Below are positions 27,940 through 37,405 of a stretch of DNA of 64,000 nucleotides, piece after piece (position 1 is the stretch's first letter; every line of letters begins with the position of its first letter). Source of the stretch: a virus; the IMG/VR virus record IMGVR_UViG_3300042868_011225, positions 1-64,000 of that record, one strand, 5' to 3'. Made by a program: the position numbers and the translations under genes. The notes under the pieces are model-generated. The model ran no database searches and was not told the origin of the DNA. It saw only the letters and a program-made list of their open reading frames with translations.

Positions 27940-30900
27940 TAAAATAGGATGCAGTAGCGGTAGAGCAACAATTATAGACCCTAATCATTTTGGTGGTGAA
28001 AATTCATCTAGCAACATACCTGTAAATAATGAAGATTTAAATATTTCAGTTGTTTTAACAACATTTAAAAAAGGTAGAACCATATTAACTGCTGATAAAA
28101 CGACTTCAAAAAACACAATTGATACACAAAAAAGTGTAAGTATTAATTTCATCGATGGTAGTAACATTAATGGTAAACAAGTACTAACAACAAACTATAC
28201 AGATTTAACAACAATATTTGATGATAATACATCTAGTAATGCTGGTGAAGGTTTGGGTATTACTAGTATTGATATTGATTTTAACTCACAACAAGCACCC
28301 TTGGTTACGATACAGTTTGTTGATGTTAGAGGTACTGCTATATTTCAAAATGAACAAAATATTATGGGTGGTAAAAATAAGTATTCAACATTTTTCCAAC
28401 TACCTTATCCGTTATTTAAATTGACAATCAAAGGTTACTATGGGTTACCTGTTCAGTATTGCCTACACATGTATAAATTCAATTCAAAATTCAATTCACA
28501 AACTGGAAATTTTGAAATAACTGCTAATTTTATTGGGTTTACTTATGCTATGTTATCTGATATGCTTATTGGATATCTTAAAGCAATTCCATACACAAAT
28601 ATTGGTAAACAAAGATATAAAATAATTAATGATGCTAGACGTGAAAATGGTGTAGAAGATATTATGAATTTGAATGATTTAATGATAGCAATAGCTTTAA
28701 TTAATGAATCCGTAAAACAATTAAGTGCTAGTGATACTGATGCAATAGAAGTAACTAACATTGAAAATAAAACTTCATCTCTTAACAATATAAAAGATAT
28801 TCTTACTAGGTTTTGCAGTCAATTAGATATTAGAGGTAATACAACTGAAATAACTCCAGTTATATGTAAACCAGATTCTTCCGTTAAAGATGTTGCTAAA
28901 ATTATTGCAGATTATACAGAAGAAATGAATAAAGCAATAACTGAATTTAATCAAAATTCAAATGTCCAATTAGATGTAACTTTATTTGATATGAATTTAT
29001 CGGTTTCTAGTAACGATAATGGTCGTGGTTTTCCAAATAACACTTCTAAAAGTATTAGAGATGCTATCGCAACAGTTCCCAATAAAGTTAATGTGGCTCT
29101 TATTAATGCTGATTTGGATACTTTAGAAACAGACAAAATAAAAGATGATACAATATGTACTTTTTGGCTTATGGTACAACCAAAAAGAGCTTTAGAAGAA
29201 GCAGCTACTCAATTAGAAGATGCAAAAAAAGCGGCTAGATTAAGTTTAGGGGTAAAAGCTAGAGATTTGATTAGAACAAAACTTAAATTTGACCCTACAA
29301 TGAGAAATATTATAGAAATTTTTACAACTGCTGTAGAAGTTTTTATGGAATCAATATACCAAGTTTCATCAGATGCTGAAAAAATTCCAAATAAGTTAAG
29401 GTTAGACCAATTAATACCTAAATTTGTTGCTAAAGAAAGTGTAGATATAAACAATGTTAAAAATACCGATGAATCAATACTTGCATGGCCTGGTTATAGA
29501 GAAAAAAAAGACCAAGGTAACAAAGAAGCATATGTTGAAAAATATTTGGGTCAGATAAAACCAACTAAAATTCTTGAAATACCTACAGATGTAGATGAAA
29601 TAAGATTTATCGATGATTTATTAATGGGTTTTATTGCTGCAGCTGCGGCAACTCAACAAGCTTCTGAAATAATAAACGAAACAGAAAATATTTGGTTTCC
29701 AATTAGCCCAGTAGATACTAAATTGTTTAACATAAATTCATTTCCTTATAAAAGAATTGGTAAAACTGGTTTAAGTAGTCATTTAGAAGTTGCTAATTTA
29801 TTATTAATTAGAGCTACTACTTTTTTAAATGGTAATAATTGGCTTACAGAAAGAGAGGTTGAACAAATGGCCGAAATGGATACTATGTCTATGATTCATT
29901 CTATTGATGATATTACACTTAAATTAGCGTTAAGTAATTTAACTTATGATAGTTTTTTAACTTTAAAAGGTAAAATAAATGATAAAGAACGTGATATTTT
30001 ATTTAAAGATAATACAGATTCTACATATGTTTATACTTATTTCCCAAAAAATGCTACTAATGATACAACTTATAGTGAAAGAGTATTACCAATAAGCGAT
30101 GGTTTTAGTGGTACATGGGCTAAAGACACTACAACTGGTATTTGGGGGTTCTCAGGTCCAGATGATGTTGTATTTTTAACTAATTATGGAAATAGTATAA
30201 CTTTGGACAAACCAATAGATGGTGGTGTATACATCAAAATGTTTACAATAGATGATTATAACGCTTATGCGAATTTAGATTCTAGTGTAAAACCTGCCGA
30301 TGTGGATGTTACAAAAAATACTCTATTATTAACAGGATTACAAACAGATATTAATAGTGTTACCGCTGCTGAAACTGCTAAATTTAATGCTTTTGGAGGT
30401 CCATGGGGTGTTCAAGAATTTAAAAATTTAGACTGGGGAGATAGTACTTTAGATAAATTACCATTAAGATTTTTATTTTTTAATAAAGAAGATAGTAAAG
30501 CCTCAGGTCTAGTAATACATAATGATAAAACAGATAAAACTGATAATTCATTTAATCCAGCTGCACCCACTTCACCGTTTTATTTTGGGTGGTGGGGTAC
30601 AAATTATACTATTATAGCTGGTTTGGCAGTTCAACCTGCCGATGTTACTAATGATTCTGGTAATAGATATAGTCAAATAGGTAAGAATTATTTAAATTTA
30701 AATAATTCTTCAACAACACCAATAACATATCCTTTTGTTACACAAAAAGTATATATCCCACTTAAGAATATAGGTGGTGGTGGTTTTAGTAATTATAATG
30801 AATATAGAAATATCAGTGTGTTTGGAAATCAATGGTTTTACGGGCAAAGCAATTCAACTAGTCCTTTATATGCTAAAGCGTTATTATTTTTAAATTCTTT

Positions 30901-33900
30901 ACCATGGGCTACTGACCCTTTAGTAAGTAAAGAAACATTGAATTTATTTAATGTTAGAGCTGGTTTTGTACATGTACCTAAATTATGGGCAGCTTATGTT
31001 GGTGGTTTAATATGGAGAAATGATGGCAACAATCCGATAACTTCAAATGGTATTATTACTGGTGGTGGTTCTGGGGCTGGTGACCCTATTGTATGGCAAA
31101 TTACTGGTAGAGTATTAGCACCATATAATAACGATAATAGTATAGCAAATACAAAATGGCCAGCAACAAATCAAAGCATATCTCAAATTTTTACAGATGA
31201 ACAGCAGCAACCTGATTTATATGGAACATTAAACCGTATTCTATCATTACCAGACCAAGTTAAAGAAGAATTTAAAAAAGTATTTTTTAATTTTGTACAT
31301 AAAGACTCAGTTAGTATTGGTAAAACAACTGGCACAGTATATGATTTTAATGATTTAAATGAAGCATCACAAATAACTAGTAGCGGTACGTTAGCAGGTT
31401 TCTACGCAGCATCAGCCCCAATATATAATAGAATCGATGCTATTGACACAGCTTTACCTACTAATTTTCAGGTAGGTTATCAAGATGGTAATTTTAGTGA
31501 ATTAACAGGGAATGTGCCAAACTTTACTACTAGTCATATAGTGCAAAATATACACAATTATGAAAACTATCAAGTAATAACACCATTCTATCATGATAGA
31601 ATTTTCCCAACTAACGTTTTACATTTTGAATTAGAATATAAAGATGGTGCAGATAAAGCTGGTAGCCCAGCGAATATGATTTTAACTATGTTACAAGAAG
31701 AAATAGTAATAGCAAATGCTAGTCCATATATTTGGGACGCAGTAAATACTAATGAATTGTATGCACCAATGTTTAACACGGTAGATAGATTTGAAAAATA
31801 TTTTAAAACAGTTGTTAACGTGCTTAAAGATAAATGTTCCACAAATGCGATTGCTGATGACCTTAAACAGAAAGAACAAGAAATATTTGGTACTAGTGAT
31901 TCAGATGCGATAAAATTTCAATTATATAAAACATGTAAAAATATAAATGACAAATGGCTTGGTGGTGTTACTAACATAGATAATATTGTTTATCAATGCG
32001 GTGGTGCCAACAGCAGTGTTGATAAAGGATTAAGAAAAAAATATAGAAGAAATGATGAAAAAGCTAGATTAATTGATAGTTTTAGATTTGTGGATAGAGC
32101 ATTTAGTGATATTGGTGATTTATTTTATTTAAATCCAATACCAGTTAATGATTATTTAATGAATAGCCCTAATACATCTGTGTTTGATGCCGTTAGTCAA
32201 TTATTAGCGTCAAACCATTTTACATTTATTCCGTTACCAACATTTATTAACTATAACGACCCTGTTATGTTAAAATCAATGTTTAATACGTACCCTGATT
32301 ATGGTGAAGCAATCGAAGATGGTATTTGTGGCCCTAGTTTTGTTAGTGTATATGCTGGCGATACTTCTAAACACTTAGATTTTGGCGATAACGAATATCC
32401 AAATGATGGTGTTGATTTTCAATGTGGTAGTAATAATTCAATTATTAATGTACCACCTGATTTTGTTGGTACAAGTAATGAGTTTGAAAATGATGTTGCA
32501 ATATTTTCGGTTAATTATGGTCAACAAAATCAAAACATATTTAAAGATATAACATTAGACCAAAGCGAATTTAGTGAAACCGATGAATCATTAAAAATTA
32601 CTGATGATATTGGACATAAAGGAGTACAAAACGACATAAGTTTGGGTGGTCAAAACATTTATAATGTTTATTCGGTAAGAAGTTATAAAGCAGAAGTTGA
32701 AATGATGGGTAATGCCATGATTCAACCAATGATGCACTTCCAATTGAATAATATACCTATGTTCCATGGGGCATATTTAATAACACGTGTAAAACATACA
32801 ATTAAACCTAATTATATGTCAACAGTATTTAGTGGTAGTAGGGTAAGATACCCAAAAACAGAATTGTTAAGTGGTGCTGATTTTTATATGGGTATACTTG
32901 ATAGTATGAATCTTTCAGCTAATGGTAGTAATACAGTTGGTGCTGTAGGTTCTTCATTGATTAATGGATATGCTGCTGATTTAAGAGCAAATATCCCAAA
33001 AAATAAAATAATTGAAGGTAGTACAATACCTAATAAAGTAGCATTAACGCAAAGAGCTGAAAAAGAACTTTTAAATTGGCAAGATGGTAAAGTAAACGAA
33101 AAAAATGGTGTTGCATTTTTAGATGAATATGCAAAAGCAACACCAGCAAACGGTGTTAGTGGTACTGAATATGCATCAGGAGCTCAACCATGGAGTGGAG
33201 TATTTATTTCATACGTTATGTTGGCTGGTGATTCTGATTTTCCTAATTCAGCAATGCATTTTTCATATATAACAGATGCTATGAATGGTAAAAATGGTTA
33301 TGAAGCATTTGCTTTAGGTTCTGGCTTAAAAATAAAACCAGAAGTTGGTGATTTAATTTGTGAACCTAGACCAGCAGGTGGAACTACTGGTGGCCACTGT
33401 AATGTATTATATAAAACCACAGCAACCGTAGCTTCATTTGTTGGTGGTAATTTAAGTAGTAGTGCAAAAAAAATTGATGTTACTTTGGATGGTGGTTATA
33501 TCACGGATTCAACAGATGTTAAGAAAATGGTTATCTACATTAAAAAAACAGATAATAAATACTACAATAAGAAAAAAATAATAGGTACTGGTAATTTTGA
33601 TGATGGTGTCCACAAAGGTAACCAAATAGATACTAAAACTCTATATGAAGAACTTAAAAAACAATTAGGTTATGGTGATGCTGCAATTGCAGGTATTATG
33701 GGTAACATGTATCAAGAAAGTAGATTCATACCTACAGCAAGAAATCCTGTAGGTAAAGATTATGGATTGGTACAGTGGTATGGCCCAGCACAAGAAGCAC
33801 TTTTAAAATGGTTATCTGATAATGGTTTAGACAAAACATATTTTAAAGACCAAATACAATATTTAAAACATGATATAACTGATAAATCTAAATATACAGG

Positions 33901-34120
33901 TAAAAATTTAGCTGCTAATAATGATGTAACAGATGCAACTAAAATATTTTATATTACATATGAAAGTGGTACTTTAGGTTACTTTAATTTTAGTGCAAAT
34001 TCAGTTGCTGAAAGATTAGCAGAAATGAACCAAGTAGATGGTTCGTATAATAAAAGGGTTTCCTACGCAACTCAAATTAGTGAAATGATTAAAACCAAAA
34101 ACTTTTATATTCCTAGATAA
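27929..34120 (+). CDS. Baseplate hub protein (gp27/VgrG-like) with C-terminal DUF2272/CHAP-like and phage tail lysozyme domains
   Basis: Hub motifs GITSIDIDF...FVDVRG and EVEMMGNAMIQPMMHF...GAYLITRVKHTI. CHAP-like PWSGVFISYVM...VGDLIC...GHC...GGN. Lysozyme AIAGIMGNMYQES...YGLVQW...QIQYL. Confidence 0.75.
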   Translation: MENSKIGCSSGRATIIDPNHFGGENSSSNIPVNNEDLNISVVLTTFKKGRTILTADKTTSKNTIDTQKSVSINFIDGSNINGKQVLTTNYTDLTTIFDDNTSSNAGEGLGITSIDIDFNSQQAPLVTIQFVDVRGTAIFQNEQNIMGGKNKYSTFFQLPYPLFKLTIKGYYGLPVQYCLHMYKFNSKFNSQTGNFEITANFIGFTYAMLSDMLIGYLKAIPYTNIGKQRYKIINDARRENGVEDIMNLNDLMIAIALINESVKQLSASDTDAIEVTNIENKTSSLNNIKDILTRFCSQLDIRGNTTEITPVICKPDSSVKDVAKIIADYTEEMNKAITEFNQNSNVQLDVTLFDMNLSVSSNDNGRGFPNNTSKSIRDAIATVPNKVNVALINADLDTLETDKIKDDTICTFWLMVQPKRALEEAATQLEDAKKAARLSLGVKARDLIRTKLKFDPTMRNIIEIFTTAVEVFMESIYQVSSDAEKIPNKLRLDQLIPKFVAKESVDINNVKNTDESILAWPGYREKKDQGNKEAYVEKYLGQIKPTKILEIPTDVDEIRFIDDLLMGFIAAAAATQQASEIINETENIWFPISPVDTKLFNINSFPYKRIGKTGLSSHLEVANLLLIRATTFLNGNNWLTEREVEQMAEMDTMSMIHSIDDITLKLALSNLTYDSFLTLKGKINDKERDILFKDNTDSTYVYTYFPKNATNDTTYSERVLPISDGFSGTWAKDTTTGIWGFSGPDDVVFLTNYGNSITLDKPIDGGVYIKMFTIDDYNAYANLDSSVKPADVDVTKNTLLLTGLQTDINSVTAAETAKFNAFGGPWGVQEFKNLDWGDSTLDKLPLRFLFFNKEDSKASGLVIHNDKTDKTDNSFNPAAPTSPFYFGWWGTNYTIIAGLAVQPADVTNDSGNRYSQIGKNYLNLNNSSTTPITYPFVTQKVYIPLKNIGGGGFSNYNEYRNISVFGNQWFYGQSNSTSPLYAKALLFLNSLPWATDPLVSKETLNLFNVRAGFVHVPKLWAAYVGGLIWRNDGNNPITSNGIITGGGSGAGDPIVWQITGRVLAPYNNDNSIANTKWPATNQSISQIFTDEQQQPDLYGTLNRILSLPDQVKEEFKKVFFNFVHKDSVSIGKTTGTVYDFNDLNEASQITSSGTLAGFYAASAPIYNRIDAIDTALPTNFQVGYQDGNFSELTGNVPNFTTSHIVQNIHNYENYQVITPFYHDRIFPTNVLHFELEYKDGADKAGSPANMILTMLQEEIVIANASPYIWDAVNTNELYAPMFNTVDRFEKYFKTVVNVLKDKCSTNAIADDLKQKEQEIFGTSDSDAIKFQLYKTCKNINDKWLGGVTNIDNIVYQCGGANSSVDKGLRKKYRRNDEKARLIDSFRFVDRAFSDIGDLFYLNPIPVNDYLMNSPNTSVFDAVSQLLASNHFTFIPLPTFINYNDPVMLKSMFNTYPDYGEAIEDGICGPSFVSVYAGDTSKHLDFGDNEYPNDGVDFQCGSNNSIINVPPDFVGTSNEFENDVAIFSVNYGQQNQNIFKDITLDQSEFSETDESLKITDDIGHKGVQNDISLGGQNIYNVYSVRSYKAEVEMMGNAMIQPMMHFQLNNIPMFHGAYLITRVKHTIKPNYMSTVFSGSRVRYPKTELLSGADFYMGILDSMNLSANGSNTVGAVGSSLINGYAADLRANIPKNKIIEGSTIPNKVALTQRAEKELLNWQDGKVNEKNGVAFLDEYAKATPANGVSGTEYASGAQPWSGVFISYVMLAGDSDFPNSAMHFSYITDAMNGKNGYEAFALGSGLKIKPEVGDLICEPRPAGGTTGGHCNVLYKTTATVASFVGGNLSSSAKKIDVTLDGGYITDSTDVKKMVIYIKKTDNKYYNKKKIIGTGNFDDGVHKGNQIDTKTLYEELKKQLGYGDAAIAGIMGNMYQESRFIPTARNPVGKDYGLVQWYGPAQEALLKWLSDNGLDKTYFKDQIQYLKHDITDKSKYTGKNLAANNDVTDATKIFYITYESGTLGYFNFSANSVAERLAEMNQVDGSYNKRVSYATQISEMIKTKNFYIPR

Positions 34121-34124
34121 TTAA

Positions 34125-34156
34125 TTTGATTAATTAAAAACAATGTAGTACATTTG
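34125..34156 (+). promoter_or_regulatory. Bacteroidota-type promoter at the start of the replication block
   Basis: TTTG (34125-34128), a 20-nt spacer, then TACATTTG (34149-34156). Confidence 0.7.
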
Positions 34157-34160
34157 CAAA

Positions 34161-34760
34161 ATGAAAAAAATTGCAAATATAGTTTCAGATAACACAATAA
34201 ATGTTTCAGAAATTTTTAACGTAGTAAAGACCATGGATGAAATACAACATGGTCTTCCTACATTAATAGTGGGTCTAGACTTAGCAGATAAACTATATCC
34301 TAATTTTGATATTACAAATATTTGTTTAGCACCTAACGTATATTGGACATTTAAAAAAACTCAAAAGCGTGATAAACATACAGAAGATTTAAACTTTTTT
34401 ATCAATAAAGTATATACCGATATGCTTAAAGGTGTAACATACTATTTTGTAGACCTTATTCAAAACCAAACAAAAACACTCAAACGAGTTATTAAAAAAA
34501 TACGTGAATTTAAGCACATTACCACATACATACACAAAGATATGGTTTACCTATATAGTGATAATTTAATCTTTGGAATAGACTTAAAATTAGCAAGATA
34601 CATTGGGATGGATGTTGATAATTTAATTTCAAAAATTAAATTAATTAGCACTGTCTTTTTGACTAATGATGAGATACTTATAGAATATAAAAAGAACTTG
34701 GAAGAAATGGAATTCCAAGCTCGATATATTCCTTATTTAGTATCGATAATCAATGAGTAA
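34161..34760 (+). CDS. Hypothetical protein
   Basis: 199-aa ORF directly after a host-type promoter. Confidence 0.7.
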   Translation: MKKIANIVSDNTINVSEIFNVVKTMDEIQHGLPTLIVGLDLADKLYPNFDITNICLAPNVYWTFKKTQKRDKHTEDLNFFINKVYTDMLKGVTYYFVDLIQNQTKTLKRVIKKIREFKHITTYIHKDMVYLYSDNLIFGIDLKLARYIGMDVDNLISKIKLISTVFLTNDEILIEYKKNLEEMEFQARYIPYLVSIINE

Positions 34761-35154
34761 AACAAGTTTATTAGCAGCATTTATCTTCCCTGAAAGATTA
34801 GAATGGTTTCTAAGTTATTTAGAAGCTAAATTCTCCATTGGCAAAGAAAAAGTATTCTGTTATAAAGACGAAGATGATGAATCAAAATTAATAATAACTT
34901 TTAAATTATCAATTCCAGAAGATAAATCATTAAACCTCAAAGAATTATTTCCTAGTGCTATTATCATACATAAAAAAGGTAACGCATTATATACAATAAA
35001 TGCGTTGAATAAATTAATTGATGAAAAAGCTAAAGAATCAATAGGTAATATAGAATATAAAGATGTTAAAATCGATTGGGAAGAATATCAAGGTAAATTT
35101 ATACTAATTAAAGATAAAGAACTTAAGATTTTAAGTATAAGTAGAGTTTTTTAA
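34753..35154 (+). CDS. Hypothetical phage protein (HKKGNALYTINALN motif)
   Basis: 133-aa ORF overlapping the upstream gene by 8 nt. Confidence 0.7.
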   Translation: MSKTSLLAAFIFPERLEWFLSYLEAKFSIGKEKVFCYKDEDDESKLIITFKLSIPEDKSLNLKELFPSAIIIHKKGNALYTINALNKLIDEKAKESIGNIEYKDVKIDWEEYQGKFILIKDKELKILSISRVF

Positions 35155-35204
35155 CGATTACTCGATATTTATATATAAAATAACAAACTCAAATAAAATT
35201 AGTT

Positions 35205-35387
35205 ATGGAAAAAGATATTAAAAACGTAGAATTAAATAAAGCCTTAGAAGGTTTTTTAAATACTGAAAACAAAGACCCAAACATGGATTGTACATCAGGT
35301 GTTTGTGTGATTAAAGGCGATAAAAGCTTAGTTGAAAGAATCAACAAAAAAATCATAACAGAAGACGGAAGACAATTATTATTCTAA
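35205..35387 (+). CDS. Small hypothetical late protein
   Basis: 60 aa; TATTTATA at 35166-35173; TAATG coupling to the next gene. Confidence 0.65.
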   Translation: MEKDIKNVELNKALEGFLNTENKDPNMDCTSGVCVIKGDKSLVERINKKIITEDGRQLLF

Positions 35388-36157
35388 TGAAGAAAACAAA
35401 ATTTAACCCACAATTACTTAAAGAAGAACTTAATAGATTCAAACTTATAAACGAATATTCTTTCTACAAAGAAGCTCAAGCAGAAGATGATGATTTATTA
35501 TTAGGTGGATTAGACGAAGCTGATGAAGAACCAGAAGGTGCAGATGCAATAGCAAATGATTTAGGGGTACCACCTCCAGATGCTGCAGCACCAGATGTAG
35601 ATTTTGGTGGAGAACCTCAAGCAGGCGATGCAGCACCAGCTGAAGACCCAGCCGCACCTCCTGCAGCAGAAGTAGCACCAGAAGCACCTATGGCACCAAT
35701 TGAAGGGCCTGCAGAAGAACCTGCAGAAGAACCTGCAGGAGATGAAGTTGAATTGGATGTAACGGATTTAGTAGATTCAACAGATGAAGCTAAAAGTGCT
35801 GCAGATAAAGCAAGTCAAAACACAAAACTTCTTATGAAAAAACTAGAAGACTTAGAATCACGTATTGCTAGTATGGATGCTGTTAATGGTAAAATTGAAG
35901 CTCTTGAGAAAGAAATAATCAAAAGAAATCCAACCAATGTTGAAAAATTAGAAATGCAATCGTTACATTCTGGTCCTTATACTCAAAAATTAACAGATTA
36001 CTGGGCTGACAAACATGGTGCGTATGATGTAATGGGTAATGATAAAAAAGAAGAATACATATTAGATAAAGATACTATTGATTCTGATTACAGTGAAGGG
36101 GATATTAAACAAAGTTTTGCTGTAAAACCAGAAGACTATGATGAAGAAGATATCTAA
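35387..36157 (+). CDS. Acidic Pro/Ala-rich protein with coiled coil; possible scaffold or internal head protein
   Basis: LLKEELNRFKLINE leader, PAEE repeats (35708-35743), coiled coil LMKKLEDLESRI...IEALEKEI. Confidence 0.6.
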   Translation: MKKTKFNPQLLKEELNRFKLINEYSFYKEAQAEDDDLLLGGLDEADEEPEGADAIANDLGVPPPDAAAPDVDFGGEPQAGDAAPAEDPAAPPAAEVAPEAPMAPIEGPAEEPAEEPAGDEVELDVTDLVDSTDEAKSAADKASQNTKLLMKKLEDLESRIASMDAVNGKIEALEKEIIKRNPTNVEKLEMQSLHSGPYTQKLTDYWADKHGAYDVMGNDKKEEYILDKDTIDSDYSEGDIKQSFAVKPEDYDEEDI

Positions 36158-36179
36158 TAACAAATAAAATTATTAAACT

Positions 36180-36206
36180 AAACCTCTGATTATCAGGGGT
36201 TTTTTT
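36180..36206 (+). terminator. Intrinsic terminator
   Basis: aaacctctga-tta-tcaggggttt followed by a T-run. Confidence 0.8.
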
Positions 36207-36234
36207 ATTTTATGAAAATAAATTAAATAAAAAA

Positions 36235-36338
36235 CTTGGTAGATGATATTATTAAGTGTAAGTTTGTAAAAAATAAGTAAAATATGTAAAATAGTTGCTT
36301 AAAATGCTTGACTTTTTTAAAAAATATTCGTATATTTG
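36235..36338 (+). promoter_or_regulatory. Two tandem Bacteroidota-type promoters upstream of the SSB gene
   Basis: CTTG(36235)-N20-TAAGTTTG(36259-36266) and CTTG(36307)-N20-TATATTTG(36331-36338). Confidence 0.7.
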
Positions 36339-36409
36339 TATATTAAAAAACTTTAGAAAACTAAAACATAACCTAGAAAAATAACAATTAATTAAATAAA
36401 TTTAGAAAA

Positions 36410-37324
36410 ATGAACAAAGAAGAAGATGACTTATTGGCAATGTTGGCTCAATACGAAGAAAACAACAAACCACTTTACGTAAAAAGCGAAACCGCTAAAA
36501 CGTATGACTTAAAAAATTACTTTACAACTTACGATTTAGAAAAAGATGAACAATCTAAAACTAAAGAAATTAGAATCTTACCAAACCCAAAAGGTGGTTC
36601 TCCGTTAGTTGAATTCTATGGCCACACAGCAATGGTTGACGGTCAAAAGAAAACATTCCCATGTTTACAACATGAAAAAGGTACTGCATGTCCTTTCTGC
36701 GAAGCTCGTGAAGCTTTACTTGCCACTGGTGATGCTGGTGACAAAGAATTAGCTAAAAAATATAATGCTAGAAAAATGTATATCGCTAAACTTATCGATA
36801 GAAACCACGAAGACGAAGGTGTTAAATTTTGGAGATTTAATAACGACTACACTAAAAAAGGTGCATTCGATTTAATCCACGGTGTTGTATCTGGTCTTAA
36901 GAAAAACAAAAATATTTCTAGCCCTACTGAAGGTCGTGATTTAACTATCATGATTAACAGAAACCAAACTGGTTTACCAATCATTTCGTCTATCGTAGCA
37001 CAAGATTCTGATGTTTTGAGTGCTGATGCAGATAAAGCTGCTGAATGGTTAGCTGATGAAAGAACATGGGAAGATGTTTATTCAGTAAGAAATTATGATT
37101 ACTTAGCAATTATCGTTAGAGGGTACACACCTATCTGGGATAAAGAAGCTAAATGTTTCGTAGCAAAAGAATTAGCCAAAGAAAACGAAGCAGAATCTAA
37201 TGAATTAGATTCAGAATTGACTATGGCTGTTGAAAATGTTAAAGCTAATGTAACAGCGGCTGAAACAGTTACAAATCCAGTGTCTACCACTCCAGAAGCG
37301 GAAGACGATGATTTACCTTTCTAA
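36410..37324 (+). CDS. gp32: Single-stranded DNA-binding protein (T4 gp32-like)
   Basis: IRILP, Zn ligands H...C...CPFCE, GVKFWRF, EGRDL and an acidic tail ending EDDDLPF. Confidence 0.88.
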   Translation: MNKEEDDLLAMLAQYEENNKPLYVKSETAKTYDLKNYFTTYDLEKDEQSKTKEIRILPNPKGGSPLVEFYGHTAMVDGQKKTFPCLQHEKGTACPFCEAREALLATGDAGDKELAKKYNARKMYIAKLIDRNHEDEGVKFWRFNNDYTKKGAFDLIHGVVSGLKKNKNISSPTEGRDLTIMINRNQTGLPIISSIVAQDSDVLSADADKAAEWLADERTWEDVYSVRNYDYLAIIVRGYTPIWDKEAKCFVAKELAKENEAESNELDSELTMAVENVKANVTAAETVTNPVSTTPEAEDDDLPF

Positions 37325-37340
37325 TCAAAGGTAACAAAAC

Positions 37341-37373
37341 AAAAAAAGAAGTGAGAAATTGCTTCTTTTTTTT
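37341..37373 (+). terminator. Intrinsic terminator after SSB
   Basis: aaaaaaagaagtga-gaaa-ttgcttctttttttt. Confidence 0.7.
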
Positions 37374-37405
37374 GCTAAAATAACGAGGAATAAAAATTAA
37401 TATTA

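Noticed and set aside
11069-34120. Bacterial eCIS, tailocin or T6SS locus rather than a phage
   Set aside because: It is interleaved with T4-like SSB, UvsX, exonuclease, helicase and RNR genes, and no bacterial housekeeping context is present.
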